A stretch of 64,000 bases of DNA from Macrostomum hystrix (Eukaryota; Animalia; Platyhelminthes), in contig CATNEN010000030.1 in the NCBI GenBank assembly GCA_950097015.1, positions 3,100,001 to 3,164,000 on the forward strand, in the 5' to 3' direction. Positions 37,373 through 56,800 of the stretch are shown here, piece by piece. How positions within the stretch are numbered: the first letter of the stretch is position 1; every line of letters begins with the position of its first letter. The position numbers were made by a program, and so were the translations under genes. The notes under the pieces were generated by a model that was not told the origin of the DNA, did no database searches, and saw nothing but the letters and a program-made list of their open reading frames with translations.

Positions 37373-40300
37373 TCACAGGCCCTTCATTCGCAGGAAGGCG
37401 TCCGGCGTCGGATCGCGGCCCAGAAAGTCGCGCAGCATGTCGGAAGCGTCGCGACTGCCGCCAGGCTGCAGGATGAAGCGCCGATAGGCGGCGCCGGCCT
37501 TCGGGCTGAGCAGGCCGGCCTCGCCGAAGCCGGCGCAGAACATGTCGGCCGAGTAGACCTCAGACCACATGTAGCCGTAGTACTGGGCGTCGTAGCCGCC
37601 GGCCAGATGGCCGAAGTTGGCAGGAAACGCGGAGCCTTCGGTTGGCGGCACGCCGACGATGCTGGTGGCGATGCGGGCGTATTCGGCGCACACGTCCAGG
37701 TCCGGATCCGAGCTGGTGTGGATGGCCTGCGGATGGAGGAGCGGCGTTACTAGATTTACACACCCTGCGTAAGCATCTGTGTGCTCATGTGTGCTCATGT
37801 GTGCTCAGGAGTTTGCCTCTCGCACCAAGGTCCCTGAGCTCGATTCTGCGGCGAGGCTACATTCATTTGGTGATACTGTACACTGCGTGACAATGAGAAA
37901 GTCAGGGCAGATGTAGCTCGTACACACCTGTGTGAGCGTGTGCCTGCGTACAGTATCTGTGTGAGTGTGTGCTCAGGAATCAACGGAATGGGCAGAATTG
38001 CCTACTCGCTGACTGCAGGTCTAGTGTCACCAAATGACGTGCCATTGCCCGCAGCCCTCTTGCAAATATAAATTATTATTATCATTAGATGGAGCATCAG
38101 ACTTCTGATCGAGAGGTTGGAAGTTCGAATCTCAAACGAAAATAAACGATTTGTTTACTCTAGCAAGACTAGCAAGCCTGTTTTAGAGAGCTATATTAAG
38201 CAGTCGGCTCTACTCTACCTGGTCGAAAGTGGACAGAGAAATCTGGCGCTGGTTGAAGAAGGCCGTGTTGGCCTGCCGGGACGAGACCAGCGACTTGAGC
38301 AAGTCGTCCGGAATGGGTTCGCCTGTCGAGTAGTGGCCGGACATCATGGCCAGCGACTGCGGGAACCAGACCCAGTTCTCAAGCATCTGGGAGGGCGCCT
38401 CAACAAAGTCCCGCTCAACATGAGTGCCGGAGAACATGTAGGTGTCGGTGCGGGCGCAAAGGTTGTGCATAGCGTGGCCGAACTCGTGAAAGAAGGTCTC
38501 AACCTCTTCGTGCGTTAGCAGCGACGGCTTGTCCGGCGTCGGCTTGGTGAAATTGGCCACGACGCTGCAGATGGCGCTCGTTCGGTGCTGGCCGCCGTCA
38601 GTCAGACAGGACGGCTGCAGGCCGAAGCAGGCCGCGTGGCCGTACTTGCCGTCCCGTGGATACAGGTCCAGGTAGAAGTGGCCTGAGATATTAGGGAGAG
38701 GGCATTTTTTCTGATATTTTCCTATTGTCGGCTTTTTGGCGATCAAATTGATGCACTTGTCACATAAGTATCCCATCCGATTTCAATCTCAGTCACTCAG
38801 TCCCTCTATCAGTCACTCAGTCCCTTTATCAGTCACTCAGTCCCTCTATCAGTCACTCAGTCCCTCTATCAGTCACTCAGTCCCTCTATCAGTCACTCAG
38901 TCCCTTTATCAGTCACTCAGTCCCTCTATCAGTCCCTCTATCAGTCACTCAGTCCCTCTATCAGTCACTCAGTCCCTCTATCAGTCACTCAGTCCCTCTA
39001 TCAGTCACTCAGTCCCTCTATCAGTCACTCTATCAGTCACTCAGTCACTCTATTAGTCACTCAGTCACTCTATCAGTCACTCAGTCACTCTATCAGTCAC
39101 TCAGTCACTCTATTAGTCACTCAGTCACTCTCTCAGTTGAATCTGCCCGAGGCCCTTTAAAGTGTCTTGAGTTAATCGAATATGAGTCAGAGTAGGAGTG
39201 CTAGCAGCCGGCCCCATACCAATGTGGTCCCCGGATTCGGCATCTTCGACACTGTAGAGCATGACATCCGGGTACCAGGTCCAGCAGTCCAGCACGCGAG
39301 TAAACTTTAGGCCCAGAATGCGCTGGTAGATCTCCAATAGGCCGTCGGTGACTCTTTCAATAGGAAAGTACTGCCTAAGGCGTTCGTGATCGACAGCGTA
39401 GTCGAGGCGCTCCACCTGGTTGGTGAGGTAGCGCACATCCCAGGCGTTGACGGCGTTGTCAAACGGGATGCCTAGTCGATCGCAGTCGGCTCGCTTGACC
39501 TCCAGCAGGCGGGCAAGCTCCTTGGCCTGCAACGGTTTGAGCTTCTCGGACAGGTCGGCCAGGAACGTGGCCACAGTCTCCGTTTTCTTGGCCATGCGCA
39601 ATTCCAAAACGTAGGCGGCATGGGTTGGATAGTTCAACAGGCTGGCGCGCTCGTTTCTGAGGGCCAGTAGGCGCTGCATCAGCGCCAGATTGGCCTCCTT
39701 GCAGCGGGTGTTGAAGGCCAGCTCCAGGCGGCGCCGGGTGTCCGGCAATTCGGCCAGCTTCATGGCAGGGAAGTAGTGCGGATATTTCAGCGTGACGCGC
39801 AGCTTGCCAGTGTCTGGGTCCTTCTCCAGACTGTCGAGAAAGTCGTCCGGGAGGCCGGCCAGCTCGGCACGGTCCATCAGCAGGCTGGAGACGTCCTCGG
39901 ATAGGTTGCGCTGAAACTCAATGCAGATGTTGCTCATCTCAGTCTTGATGGCTTTCACCCGAGTTCTGGTGGCCTCGTCCAGGCCAAGACCGTTGCGCCG
40001 GCCGTCCACAACGCAGCGGTCGATGTAGCGAGTCAGCTCAGCGCTGGCCGTGTCATCGCCGGAGCGCAGCTTGGCCTGCACGGCGACAAACCTGTCGTAC
40101 AGTTCCTTGCGCATCTCAATGTCCACCTCGTGCTCAGAGATTTTCTTATCGGCCTCGGAGCTGGCGTCACGCAGCGCCTTGTCGGGGAAGACGTGCTGGA
40201 CAAAGTCCAGGCTGGAGCGGAGCACTGCGAAACGGCCGTCGAACTCAGCCAAAGGCCTGGCGTAGTTGGCCACGCTGACATTGTCGACGCTGATTTCAGC

Positions 40301-40558
40301 GCTGCGATTGTAGAAGGCCGTTGATTCGGCGATGAGTTCATCGGTGAGCTTGTTCAGTTTCTCAACCGAGTCCGGGAATGCCAGGAGACAACCAGGCGGC
40401 ATCTTTCGGGCATTGTTGATAGTGGCGGCTGCCGTTGTTGCCATGGCGACGACTGGGAGTAGATTGGTTTTAAATATCGAAGATTGCACGGCGACAATTG
40501 ATTGGCGGCAACAACGGACTGTAGCGCAGAGCACAAGCCTAGTTGGGAGTGTGGCGAG
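37373..40558 (-). CDS. THOP1: M3A metallo-oligopeptidase (thimet oligopeptidase / neurolysin homologue); 680 aa from ATG 40444, plus a 38-codon ATG-less extension from the acceptor at 40558
   Basis: Exons 40558(40444)-39220, 38682-38219 and 37726-37373, GT-AG and in frame. Motifs HFYLDLYPRDGKYGHAACF, ETFFHEFGHAMH (HExxH), DFVEAPSQMLENW, FGHLAGGYDAQYYGYMWSEVYSADMF. THOP1 versus NLN cannot be resolved without a tree. Confidence 0.95.
37800..38062 (+). mobile_element. SINE family 2 in peptidase intron 2
   Basis: Colinear with 47352-47667. Confidence 0.85.
38787..39128. repeat. 20-bp minisatellite (TCAGTCACTCAGTCCCTCTA)n
   Basis: Fills most of peptidase intron 1. Confidence 0.95.
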
Positions 40559-40886
40559 CTGGAAATACAATTTGGGCGGTTGAAATTGAGCTTGCTTTCG
40601 ACTGATGAACACAGATAAATTATCTCTCTGCACGGGAAACCGCAAGGGGTGCCACCTTGATCTATTGTAAATTGTAAATAAAAGTACAACGGCAAATTGT
40701 GCTGAAACCAATCGAATTGTTTTTATAAAAATGCTTGATAGTTATTTTACCACAACCGTTTAATTAGGAAACAAAATAAATGAAAATAAAATTGAAATCA
40801 ATTAAAAAATGCAGCTTGCACACGCATTGCGCAAGTTTCAGTTCAGTATAGAACACAGTGAATAAGCGGCTCCCCTCACAATGTAG

Positions 40887-40960
40887 CTAAAGACAAGCGT
40901 CTAGATGCTGATTAATTTCTGGTTCTGGTACACGACTGCTGCACACTGGACAGTTAACTA

Positions 40961-41003
<43 letters not shown>

Positions 41004-42113
41004 AACAGAAGTGACACTACCGCCGCCAAGCCGAATGCCAACACCGGGGAACAGCAGGGCATTGTCGGAGCCGACAGCCGCAGCCACATCTAGCTGGACA
41101 TTGTCATCCGCGGGCCGCCAAAGTTTAGGCTCAGTTGGCGCCGCCTCCGAGCTAGTCAAAGCTAAATTTGTGCTTGTCGGCGACATAAACTTTCTAATGT
41201 CGGCCTGACCGACGGGACGCTTTGGTTGCGCCTTCGGTTGTCGCTGCTGTTCAACCGGCTGGCTCGCTGGCCGCTGCTTCTTTGCCAACTTTTTGTCGCC
41301 GAAGCCGTCGGGTTCGCGCACTTTAACAAAGCAGCCGCCGCAGGTAGCCTGATGACTCTGCCACCAGGTGTCGTTGGGGCCAGGCGCTCGATTCATTGAA
41401 CGCTTAACCCAGCCGTGAAATGGCGGCCTGTTACGGCAGGGTCCTTCGCAGCGCCACCAGTGCTGCTTGTAGACGGCCACCTCGTCGTGGAAGCTGTGAT
41501 AGACGGTGATGTTAGTGCCGGCCGATGCGTTGATGCGCTTCATGTGAGCCAGAAACTGCGGCCCGTGGCCCTCTCTGTCGCGATTGCGTTCTTTAACAAA
41601 CAGGTGCGCGTGAATCATCTCGTGCAGCAGGGTTTCAACTAGGTCGCGCCTTGGCCGCAGTTTCAGCAGCGGCTCGCTCAGTTTAATGCAGCAGAGGCCG
41701 CCGCGACCCTCGTAGCAGCAGAGGCCGGCGCACAGGGTCATCCGGCGGCTCCATTTCACTTCCACAGCAACTAAACTGTTGAAGAAGAAGCGACGATTGA
41801 ATTCTAGGAATAGGGCGTGCACATTCGGAGTCGGGTCCACCAGCTCCCAGCTGGGATCTACTAGGGAGTCGCCGTCACGATATCTGCTTTTTAATCTCTT
41901 CCGATTGTCACTATCGCCATCCGACTCAGTACTCGCAGATGAGCGGGTATTCTCATCCATAGTCTCACTGTGCTCATTGTTATCCTGGACAGACAGCAAT
42001 AGGCTGAGCTGGCGATCTGCTTCCTCTTGACGGCGCTGTTCGTTGGCTTCGGCGGCCTGCAGCTGCCATTGAAGCGACTCCTCCGGGCTCCACTGTAACA
42101 TCGGGCCAGGCAT
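40887..42113 (-). CDS. SPRTN: SprT-like DNA-protein crosslink protease Spartan (408 aa, single exon)
   Basis: LVDPSWELVDPTPNVHALF, WSRRMTLCAGLC, LLHEMIHA (HExxH), HGPQF, VYHSFHDEV, HWWRCEGPC, WWQSHQATCGG; PIP-like QADIRKFM, SHP-like FPGVGIRLGG, C-terminal UBZ CPVC...INQHLDACL. Confidence 0.96.
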
Positions 42114-42419
42114 ATATTGTCAACTGTTTGTGGCTTAGAAACGAGAGAAATAAAACATGAGTGGAATTAGACTAAACCTGGGCTAGATTTAACATAATAG
42201 GTAAGGCTGCAATTTACGAGTAATAGAAATGCTAGCCTAGAAAGCGACTAGCCACTGCAAAAAAGTAGGTAGGGATCGCTTTCAATTCAGGATATATACT
42301 GTATTGTGTGTATTGTGTGCAGAAATACCTGTAGTGAAATCACATACAGTGGCTTCGGGAAAGAACAGCTTGCAAAAATGGAAAGGAGAGACGAGTGGCC
42401 TAAGAGAGGAGATAACAAA

Positions 42420-43620
42420 CATGAGTGAAGAGGGGAGGGGGAGAGAAAGAGATTAGGGGAGACGAGAGAAGAAGGGAAAAGGAGAGAATAGGGAAGAACG
42501 GGAGGAGAAAAAAGTAAAGATGAGAGAATAAGGGAGAGGGTAGAGGGGGAGGAGGAGGGGAGGATGAGAGGGGAGGAGAGAAAAGGGGAGAAAAGAGAGG
42601 GTAGATGATAAGGTAGAGGGGAAAGAGAAGAGAATAGGGGCAGGATAAGGGAGAGGGGAAAGGGGGAAGGGGAGAGAATAGGAGAGAGGATAAGGGAGAA
42701 GGGAAAGGGGAGATAATAGGCGGAGGATAAGGGAGAGGGGAAAGGGGAAGGGGAGAGAATAAGGGAGAGGATAAGGGAGAAGGGGAAGGGAAGAGAATAG
42801 GGGAGAGAATAGGGGAGAGGATAAGGGAGAAGGGGAAGGGAAGAGAATAGGGAGAGGATAAGGGAGAGGGGAAAGGGAAGAGAATAGGGAGAAGGGTAAG
42901 GGAGAGGAGAAAGGGGAGAGAATAAGGGAGAGGATAAGAGAGAAGGGAAAGGGAAGAGAATAGGGGAGAGGATAAGGGAGAAGGGAAAGGGGAGAGAATA
43001 GGGGGAGGATAAGGGAGAAGGGAAAGAAGAGAGAATAGGGGAGAGGATAAGGGAGAAGGGAAAGAAGAGAGAATAGGGGAGAGGATAAGGGAGAAGGGAA
43101 AGAAGAGAGAATAGGGGAGAGGATAAGGGAGAAGGGAAAGAAGAGAGAATAGGGGAGAGGATAAGGGAGAAGGGAAAGAAGAGAGAATAGGGGGAGGATA
43201 AGGGAGAGGGGAAAGGGGAAGGGGAGAGGATAAGGGAGAAGGGAAAGGGAAGAGAATAGGGAGAAGGGTAAGGGAGAGGGGAATAATAATACAATAATAA
43301 GTGCAGGAGGGCATGTGGGCAATCATTAGGTGACAGTAGACCTGCAGCCAGCGAGGGAGGCAATTCTGCCCATTCCGCTGACTCCTGAGCACACATGCAC
43401 ACAGATACTGAACGCAGGCACACGCTCACACAGGTGTGTACATCTGCCCTGACTTTCTCATCGTCAGGCAGTGTACATTTCACTGTGCTATGGAGGTTTT
43501 GGCCCTCAGGTGAGAGAGGAAAGGGAAGAGGATTGGGGGGAGAATAGGGGAGGGCGGGGAGGAGAGAAGAGGGAAGAAGGGAGAGGAGAGAAAAAGAGAT
43601 AGAAGAAGATAAGACAGAAG
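42420..43620. repeat. Purine-rich degenerate tandem repeat interrupted by a SINE
   Basis: GGGGAGAGGATAAGGGAGAAGGGAAAG-like units; source of the SPL-rich minus-strand ORFs. Confidence 0.9.
43310..43508 (-). mobile_element. SINE family 2, 3' portion
   Basis: Reverse complement of the family-2 body (GACCTGCAGCCAGCGAGG, CACAGGTGTGTACATCTGCCCTGACTTTCTCA). Confidence 0.85.
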
Positions 43621-44319
43621 GGTGAAGAAAGCACATGAAAGGAGAGAAGAGGAAAGGATAACAAAATACGAGTACCATCGGATAAAAAAATGTGAAACCA
43701 CGATCCACCAAAAGTAACTAGACCTAAAAAGCCTCACAATTAAAAAATGAACTAAAAACTAACAAAATGATAGCAATAATATACTGACTGGAACATTACT
43801 AGAAAAATGCGACATTATATATTTGTCTATTTTGTTAAACCAGTGTCAAGCAACACTATAGGAATAGGAATAGTTAAACTAAGGCAGCCGTAACATAGAA
43901 AATGGCAAACAGCTCAGGATCTTACTTTTTCTCCTTCTCCTCAATTGAGGAAAGAGTAAGAGAAAATAGGGAGAGAAAAATCCTACGATCGCAGGGGAAG
44001 GAGGGATCAGACAGCCATTTTATCACAGTGTCGATTTAATCCCAGTAGAAGATAAGTCTGGCCAATTCCACAAAATGCGCTCAATATATCACCATATGTA
44101 TTTATCTGGGCATATTGCTATTTATCTTGAGCTTAACTGAAGAAACAGCGAATTCAAATTTGATCACATCGCGATACGGCGCGAGTGGAGCTGAAATGAC
44201 CATTTAAAACAACTTGGAAGAGTTAATTAAATGAGGCGTCGATATCTGCTATATGTTACCTGAACACTGTATTAGTTAGAACTAGCTGCTATACTGCACA
44301 CAGAATTCTATAGGATCGA

Positions 44320-44730
44320 TCGTACAGTCAGAGTGTACACTGACGGGGAGGAAGGGTGGATCGACAGTACAGTCAGAATGTACACTGACGGTAAGGAAGG
44401 GTGGATCGATAGTACAGTCAGAATGTACACTGACGGTAAGGAAGGGTGGATCGATAGTACAGTCAGAATGTACACTGACGGTAAGGAAGGGTGGATCGAT
44501 AGTACAGTCAGAATGTACACTGACGGTAAGGAAGGGTGGATCGATAGTACAGTCAGAATGTACACTGACGGTGAGAAAGGGTGGATCAATAGTACAGTCA
44601 GAATGTACACTGATGGTGAGGATGGCTGGATCGATAGTACAGTCAGAGTGTACACTGAAGGGGAGGAAGGGTGGATCAATAGTACAGTCAGAATGTACAC
44701 TGACGATAAGGAAGTGTGGATCGATAGTCA
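44320..44730. repeat. 45-bp minisatellite
   Basis: About 9 units of AGTACAGTCAGAATGTACACTGACGGTAAGGAAGGGTGGATCGAT just 3' of the YARS2 stop. Confidence 0.95.
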
Positions 44731-44797
44731 GTGTTCATAAGGACCGATCGATAATCGGGGAGGAAATCAGATGTGGACTTCATAAAGTCATTCGTGA

Positions 44798-51301
<6,504 letters not shown>

Positions 51302-51507
51302 CTGTTAATGGCAAGTGTTAAAATTTGATTACTTATTTTCAAGTTAGTTTATTCCATATTATATACTATGGACATCTAGATAATAGAACACTAGTCTACA
51401 GACTAATTTCTAGAAGTCCTTATTAGATAACCTAGATGTGTAGAAATTAATTATAATCGATAATTATTAATTAAGGGTTCAAGGAGTTTGAGATTACGCC
51501 TTGTTAA

Positions 51508-51728
51508 TGTAGCCTAGTGGGTAACAGCGCCGGACTCATGACTCAAAAGTCGGGGTTCGAGTCCTGACTCTACTGGAACAGTATGTGTCCTTTAGCAAGA
51601 CACTTAACTCTGCATTGCTTCAGTTAATCCAGCTGTTAAACGGGTTACCAGCATTAGCTGGGGTAATTGAGGGTGGGTGTGGCGTCCCCCCAGTCCATGG
51701 ACTGAACACTCGTACGCAGACTGGGGCG
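51508..51728 (+). mobile_element. SINE family 1 (3'-truncated)
   Basis: A/B boxes and core, ending near GGACTGAACA. Confidence 0.85.
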
Positions 51729-52019
51729 GTTTGTGAGTCAGCTAGCCTGAAGGATGAAAACAAAAAATATCTTTAATAATATAATAATAATATTCTTTTC
51801 AAATGAAAAAAGAGGTAACATTTTCCGCATTTTTAAAAAAGCTCTGATAGATTTAGGACAAGTAACGAATAAGCATAGCAACAATTAGAATTTTTACTGA
51901 AGCAAAGTTTTTTCTCGAGTACTATATTATAAAGGGAAAAGTGCACAGCAAATGGGTATGGTAGAAATCAGCCCTCATAACTGTCTTGGCAAAGAAATCA
52001 GAAGTGCTAGATGTACATT

Positions 52020-52497
52020 TAGTATTGGATCTGTACTGTCTAGTATTTAGGGATCTGTACTGTCTAGTATTTAGGGATCTGTACTGTCTAGTATTTAGGG
52101 ATCTGTACTGTCCAGTATTTAGGGATCTGTACTGTCTAGTATTTAGGGATCTGTACTGTCTAGTATTTAGGGATCTGTACTGTCTAGTATTTAGGGATCT
52201 GTACTGTCTAGTATTTAGGGATCTGTACTGTCTAGTATTTAGGGATCTGTACTGTCTAGTATTTAGGGATCTGTACTGTCTAGTATTTAGGGATCTGTAC
52301 TGTCTAGTATTTAGGGATCTGTACTGTCTAGTATTTAGAGATCTGTACTGTCTAGTATTTAGGGATCTGTACTGTCTAGTATTTAGAGATCTGTACTGTC
52401 TAGTATTTAGGGATCTGTACTGTCTAGTATTTAGAGATCTGTACTGTCTAGCATTTAGGGATCTGTACTGTCTAGTATTTAGAGATCTGTACTGTCC
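52020..52497. repeat. 24-bp minisatellite (TAGTATTTAGGGATCTGTACTGTC)n
   Basis: About 20 units. Confidence 0.97.
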
Positions 52498-53400
52498 CAT
52501 TTTTAGGAACAAGTACAGTACAATGGTTGAACGTTAATATAGAAAAAAACAGATTAACTAAGAAATCACAATTGATAAATCATGAGTAAGTTACCATTGC
52601 CTCCATTGCTTTTAATCGTAACATGGCTGTCTAAATCAATGCTTGAAAAAGTCGAACGGAAAAAAAGATTGCACGCAGCAAATGAACATGTTTCGCAAAA
52701 CATTTGCTTCATTAACAAAGAAAACAATGACGCAACCAAAAATGGGCTGAGAAATAAGCAAATGAAAGCCAATAACTAGAACACTATGTACGCTAATACT
52801 GACGCAGACAGGTACATTAAATAAGAGATTTTACGCTTGCACACTACTGACTTAGTAGCATAGATAGATTCTTATAATTGAAAATCATTAGCAAAAGTAA
52901 TATACTCGAATTTTATTAAATTGTGGAGAAAATTTGTCTCTTTAATAGAGATCGAAATATATATACTGATCTAAAATGTGGCAGCACTTATAAAATATAA
53001 AAGTACAAAAAGATTAACAACTTTGTTGACAGTGAACAAAAAGTAATGTCATGTCTGTTAGCTATCTTGAGCAGAAAGTCAAAAATAGCTAAAAGCCAAC
53101 CAAATTCTTGCACCATTGATTAAAAAATTCTCCAAATTCTACATTTTCAAATATGAATGCGTTAAAAAGCGAAATTTATACGTTTGATAAACGAATCGGC
53201 ACAAAGTTGAAATTCTGATATAAATTTCGCTTTGACACGGTAATACAATTTTTGTCATATTTAGCACAAAAAGTAAACAAAAATGTTCAAAACGTTAACT
53301 ATCTGGTTAATCTCAAATTCAGTACAAAATAGAAGCGAGTCAAACAAGATAAGGCACTTCTTGCAATGTGCCCTAAAGTTTTTGGATAATGAAAGGTGTG

Positions 53401-53812
53401 CCTGAAGGATCTGGGAGGTTGGTGACTCAGCTAGCCTGAAGGATCTGGGAGGTTGGTGACTCAGCTAGCCTGAAGGATCTGGGAGGTTGGTGACTCAGCT
53501 AGCCTGAAGGATCTGGGAGGTTGGTGACTCAGCTAGCCTGAAGGATCTGGGAGGTTGGTGACTCAGCTAGCCTGAAGGATCTGGGAGGTTGGTGACTCAG
53601 CTAGCCTGAAGGATCTGGGAGGTTGATGACTCAGCTAGCCTGAAGGATCTGGGAGGTTGGTGACTCAGCTAGCCTGAAGGATCTGGGAGGTTGGTGACTC
53701 AGCTAGCCTGAAGGATCTGGGAGGTTGGTGACTCAGCTAGCCTGAAGGATCTGGGAGGTTGGTGACTCAGCTAGCCTGAAGGATCTGGGAGGTTGGTGTC
53801 TCAGCTAGCCTG
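53401..53812. repeat. 34-bp minisatellite carrying an AP-1 consensus (TGACTCA)
   Basis: 12 units of CCTGAAGGATCTGGGAGGTTGGTGACTCAGCTAG; 11 contain TGACTCA. Confidence 0.95.
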
Positions 53813-53898
53813 AAGTATTTAGGAGCTCAGCTCAGCAAGTATTTTGAGCACAGCACCACAGTCATAAGCTAGAGAAGCAAGCGGGTGATGTCATCCGT

Positions 53899-56800
53899 TT
53901 AAGATACGCCGCGCAATTGCGTCACTAAACTGATGACCTTGTCAACAGCCTCCTCCGCAGTGGCTAGCACGGGTACATTCTCTCGATTGGCCAAGTCTAG
54001 CAAGTACATCCGACCGCGATTGTAATCCTTAACAGCGTCAGGCGGCAGCTCGCAGCCGTCGCCGGTTCCGTTGGCTGCTGTTCCATTCGCCGGAGCCGAG
54101 TAGAGTTGCACATGAAGGACTACTCGGGCGCCGCGACCAATGAAATGAGCCGCTTCTAGCATAGCGGCGGTGGACCAGGTGTCGCAGGTGATGACGAATA
54201 GCAGCACCAAGCTCTGTTCGCGGGCGCCGGATTCGTAAGATAGGAACCTGATTGACCAGTGAGAAATCTGCAAGGCAAAGGCTCGTTATTAGCGGTACTC
54301 ATCGGCTGCCAGTCACTTTTATGCTTCAGGGTACCACTGATTGATCAATCACGGTGCTTCAGGATACCACTGATTGACCAATCACGGTGCTTCAGGGTAC
54401 CACTGATTGATCAATCACGGTGCTTCAGGGAACCACAGCTATCCTGATACTACAGGTACCATAACTGAATCAATCCTGATGCTTCAGGGTACCACAGCTG
54501 GATCAATCCTGATGCTTCAGGGCAGCACAGCTGAATCAATCCTGATGCTTCAGGGTACTACAGCTGGATAAATCTTATTGCTTCAGGGTACCACAGCTGG
54601 ATCAATCCTGATGCTTCAGGGCACCACAGCTGGATCAATTCTGATGCTTCAGGGTACCACAGCTGGATCAATCCTGATGCTTCAGGGTACCACAGCTGGA
54701 TCAATCCTGATGCTTCAGGGTACCACAGCTGGATCAATCCTGATGCTTTAGGGTACCACAGCTGGATCAATCCTGATGCTTCAGGGCACCACAGCTGGAT
54801 CAATCCTGATGCTTCAGGGTACCACAGCTGGATCAATCCTGATGCTTCAGGGTACCACAGCTGGATCAATCCTGATGCTTCAGGGTACCACAGCTGGATC
54901 AATCCTGATGCTTCAGGGTACCACAGCTGGATCAATCCTGATGCTTCAGGGCAGCACAGCTGGATCAATCCTGATGCTTCAGGGCAGCACAGCTGGATCA
55001 ATCCTGATGCTTTCAGTGTCCCAGGCATTGTGCGTGAGTCCCGAGGGATTGTACTGTACCTGAGGATTATAATATGATATGCCGGCAGCCTGCAGTCTGG
55101 GTATTGCCGAGTCATCGCGCCATCGGCTCTGACCGCAGGTTCCGCCCAAGAATACGTCGTACTGCGGCCGGCAGGTAGACGAAACAGCAGGTCCGCCTGA
55201 GGTCGCCGCGCTGAGCAGCCGCCTAGCCGCAGAAAACGGCCAGACCAGTGCGGACCACAGCCACTCGGTCCAGTCTTCGCTCCAGCCGCCGCCGCCGCCG
55301 CCGCTGCCACAGCCGCTGTCGGAGGCGCTGGAATAGATAAGGCACAGGTCGGCAAAGGTGATTCGCTGGTCAGGCGCTGGCAGCACAGCGGACACGTCGC
55401 GACTGCTTTTGCTGCAGCGTCGGCCGCCGCCGCAGAGCATTGTCTCCAGGATGAGGCTGGCAGCGTCGGGCGAGATGCGGCCGGTGTGGTCGATGTCGTG
55501 ACAGCGGAACAGCTCCCAAAGCAGGGTGAGGGTGCGGCTGACCGGAGCGCCGGAGTCCCAGACTGGGCTGACGCCGTCAGATGTTGTCAGCTTAGTGACC
55601 GATTGCTTCTGCGGGTTTGCGCAAGGCTAATTTAGATGAAATGACACCTGAGCCAATTCGGCAAGGTGTACAGCCACAGCTATTGGGGTGGCGCACTCAA
55701 AGGCTCTTTACAGCTGTTCAGTCTGTGGACTGTAGGGTTGGGGCATCAACCTAACCACCCCAAAAATGAAGCATTGGGGGATTGTATCGGACCAGTCGGA
55801 TGAATTCTAAGCTAAGGACAAAAAGACAGTCAATTAGTCGGAGAGAATAATCTCACCTGTTTAACCAGGATTTTAACAGCCTGCAGAGCCGTTTCTAGAC
55901 TTTCAAACACAGGTATGTGACACTGCTCAACTAGGTCAATCAGGAACAGCAGGCTGCGATGTATTGACTCCTGCTCCCTGTGAACATAAAGTACTTTTTT
56001 ATATCAGAATCAAACAGTTGAAAGTTTATTTTCCGCAATTTAATTTGGGTTTTTTCCCTCAATGCATGAGGTTCTAATCAATTTGCTTCGGGAATCTTAA
56101 TCCTTTATATATTGAATCTAAATCACTTGGATTCACGAAATGCTAATCCTACGGATCTTCAATCTATATTAAATCCCTTGGTTTCATTGGATCCTAATAC
56201 TACGGATCTTGAATCTTAATTGTTTAAAGGTTTAAAGGATTCCACGTCTAAATCCCATGGGTTCATGGAATCACAAGTCAGAATACATAGTTTTTTATAG
56301 GATTTTATGTCTAAATCATTTGTCTCTTATAGGATTCCAAATCGAAATCCCCAGGTTTCATAGGATTCCAAATCTTAACATTGTGGCTTCACGGGATCCT
56401 AAGCGAGCAGATTTTTAATCTTAATCCTTTGCGCTTATTGATATACGAACCCTACGGATCGTAGGGTGTTTTTCCATTCATTTCCATCCTAAATCACCCA
56501 TTAGCATCCGTGCACGGCATCGCCGAACCTTACCAGCGACAATTGGCGATGCGGCTCTTGCCAGTGGTGCAAGCGTCCGGTATGACCAGCACGAGATTGC
56601 GACCCTGGCCAGCCAGATAGGCTGATTCAACAATCGACGCGATGCCGCGAGTGCGCGGATCCAGGACGAACAGAAGCACAGCGGCGCTGTCTTTGGCGGC
56701 ATTCTCAATGTCAATTAGCTGCGGATACCAGGTCTCCACTTGCTGCGGGCGGAATCGCACGAAAAGAGAGATTCGTATATAACGTCATAATTAGATGACG

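Noticed and set aside
39125-40711. Track ORF taken as the literal peptidase protein
   Set aside because: It starts at a TTG and runs into intron 1; the spliced model uses the donor at 39220.
42287-43711. 474-, 330- and 289-aa S/P/L-rich ORFs
   Set aside because: Purine/pyrimidine tandem repeat plus a SINE; no domain signal.
56090-56460. Degenerate GGATC/AAATCC periodic region in a raw intron
   Set aside because: Probably an old decayed minisatellite; I could not define a unit with confidence.
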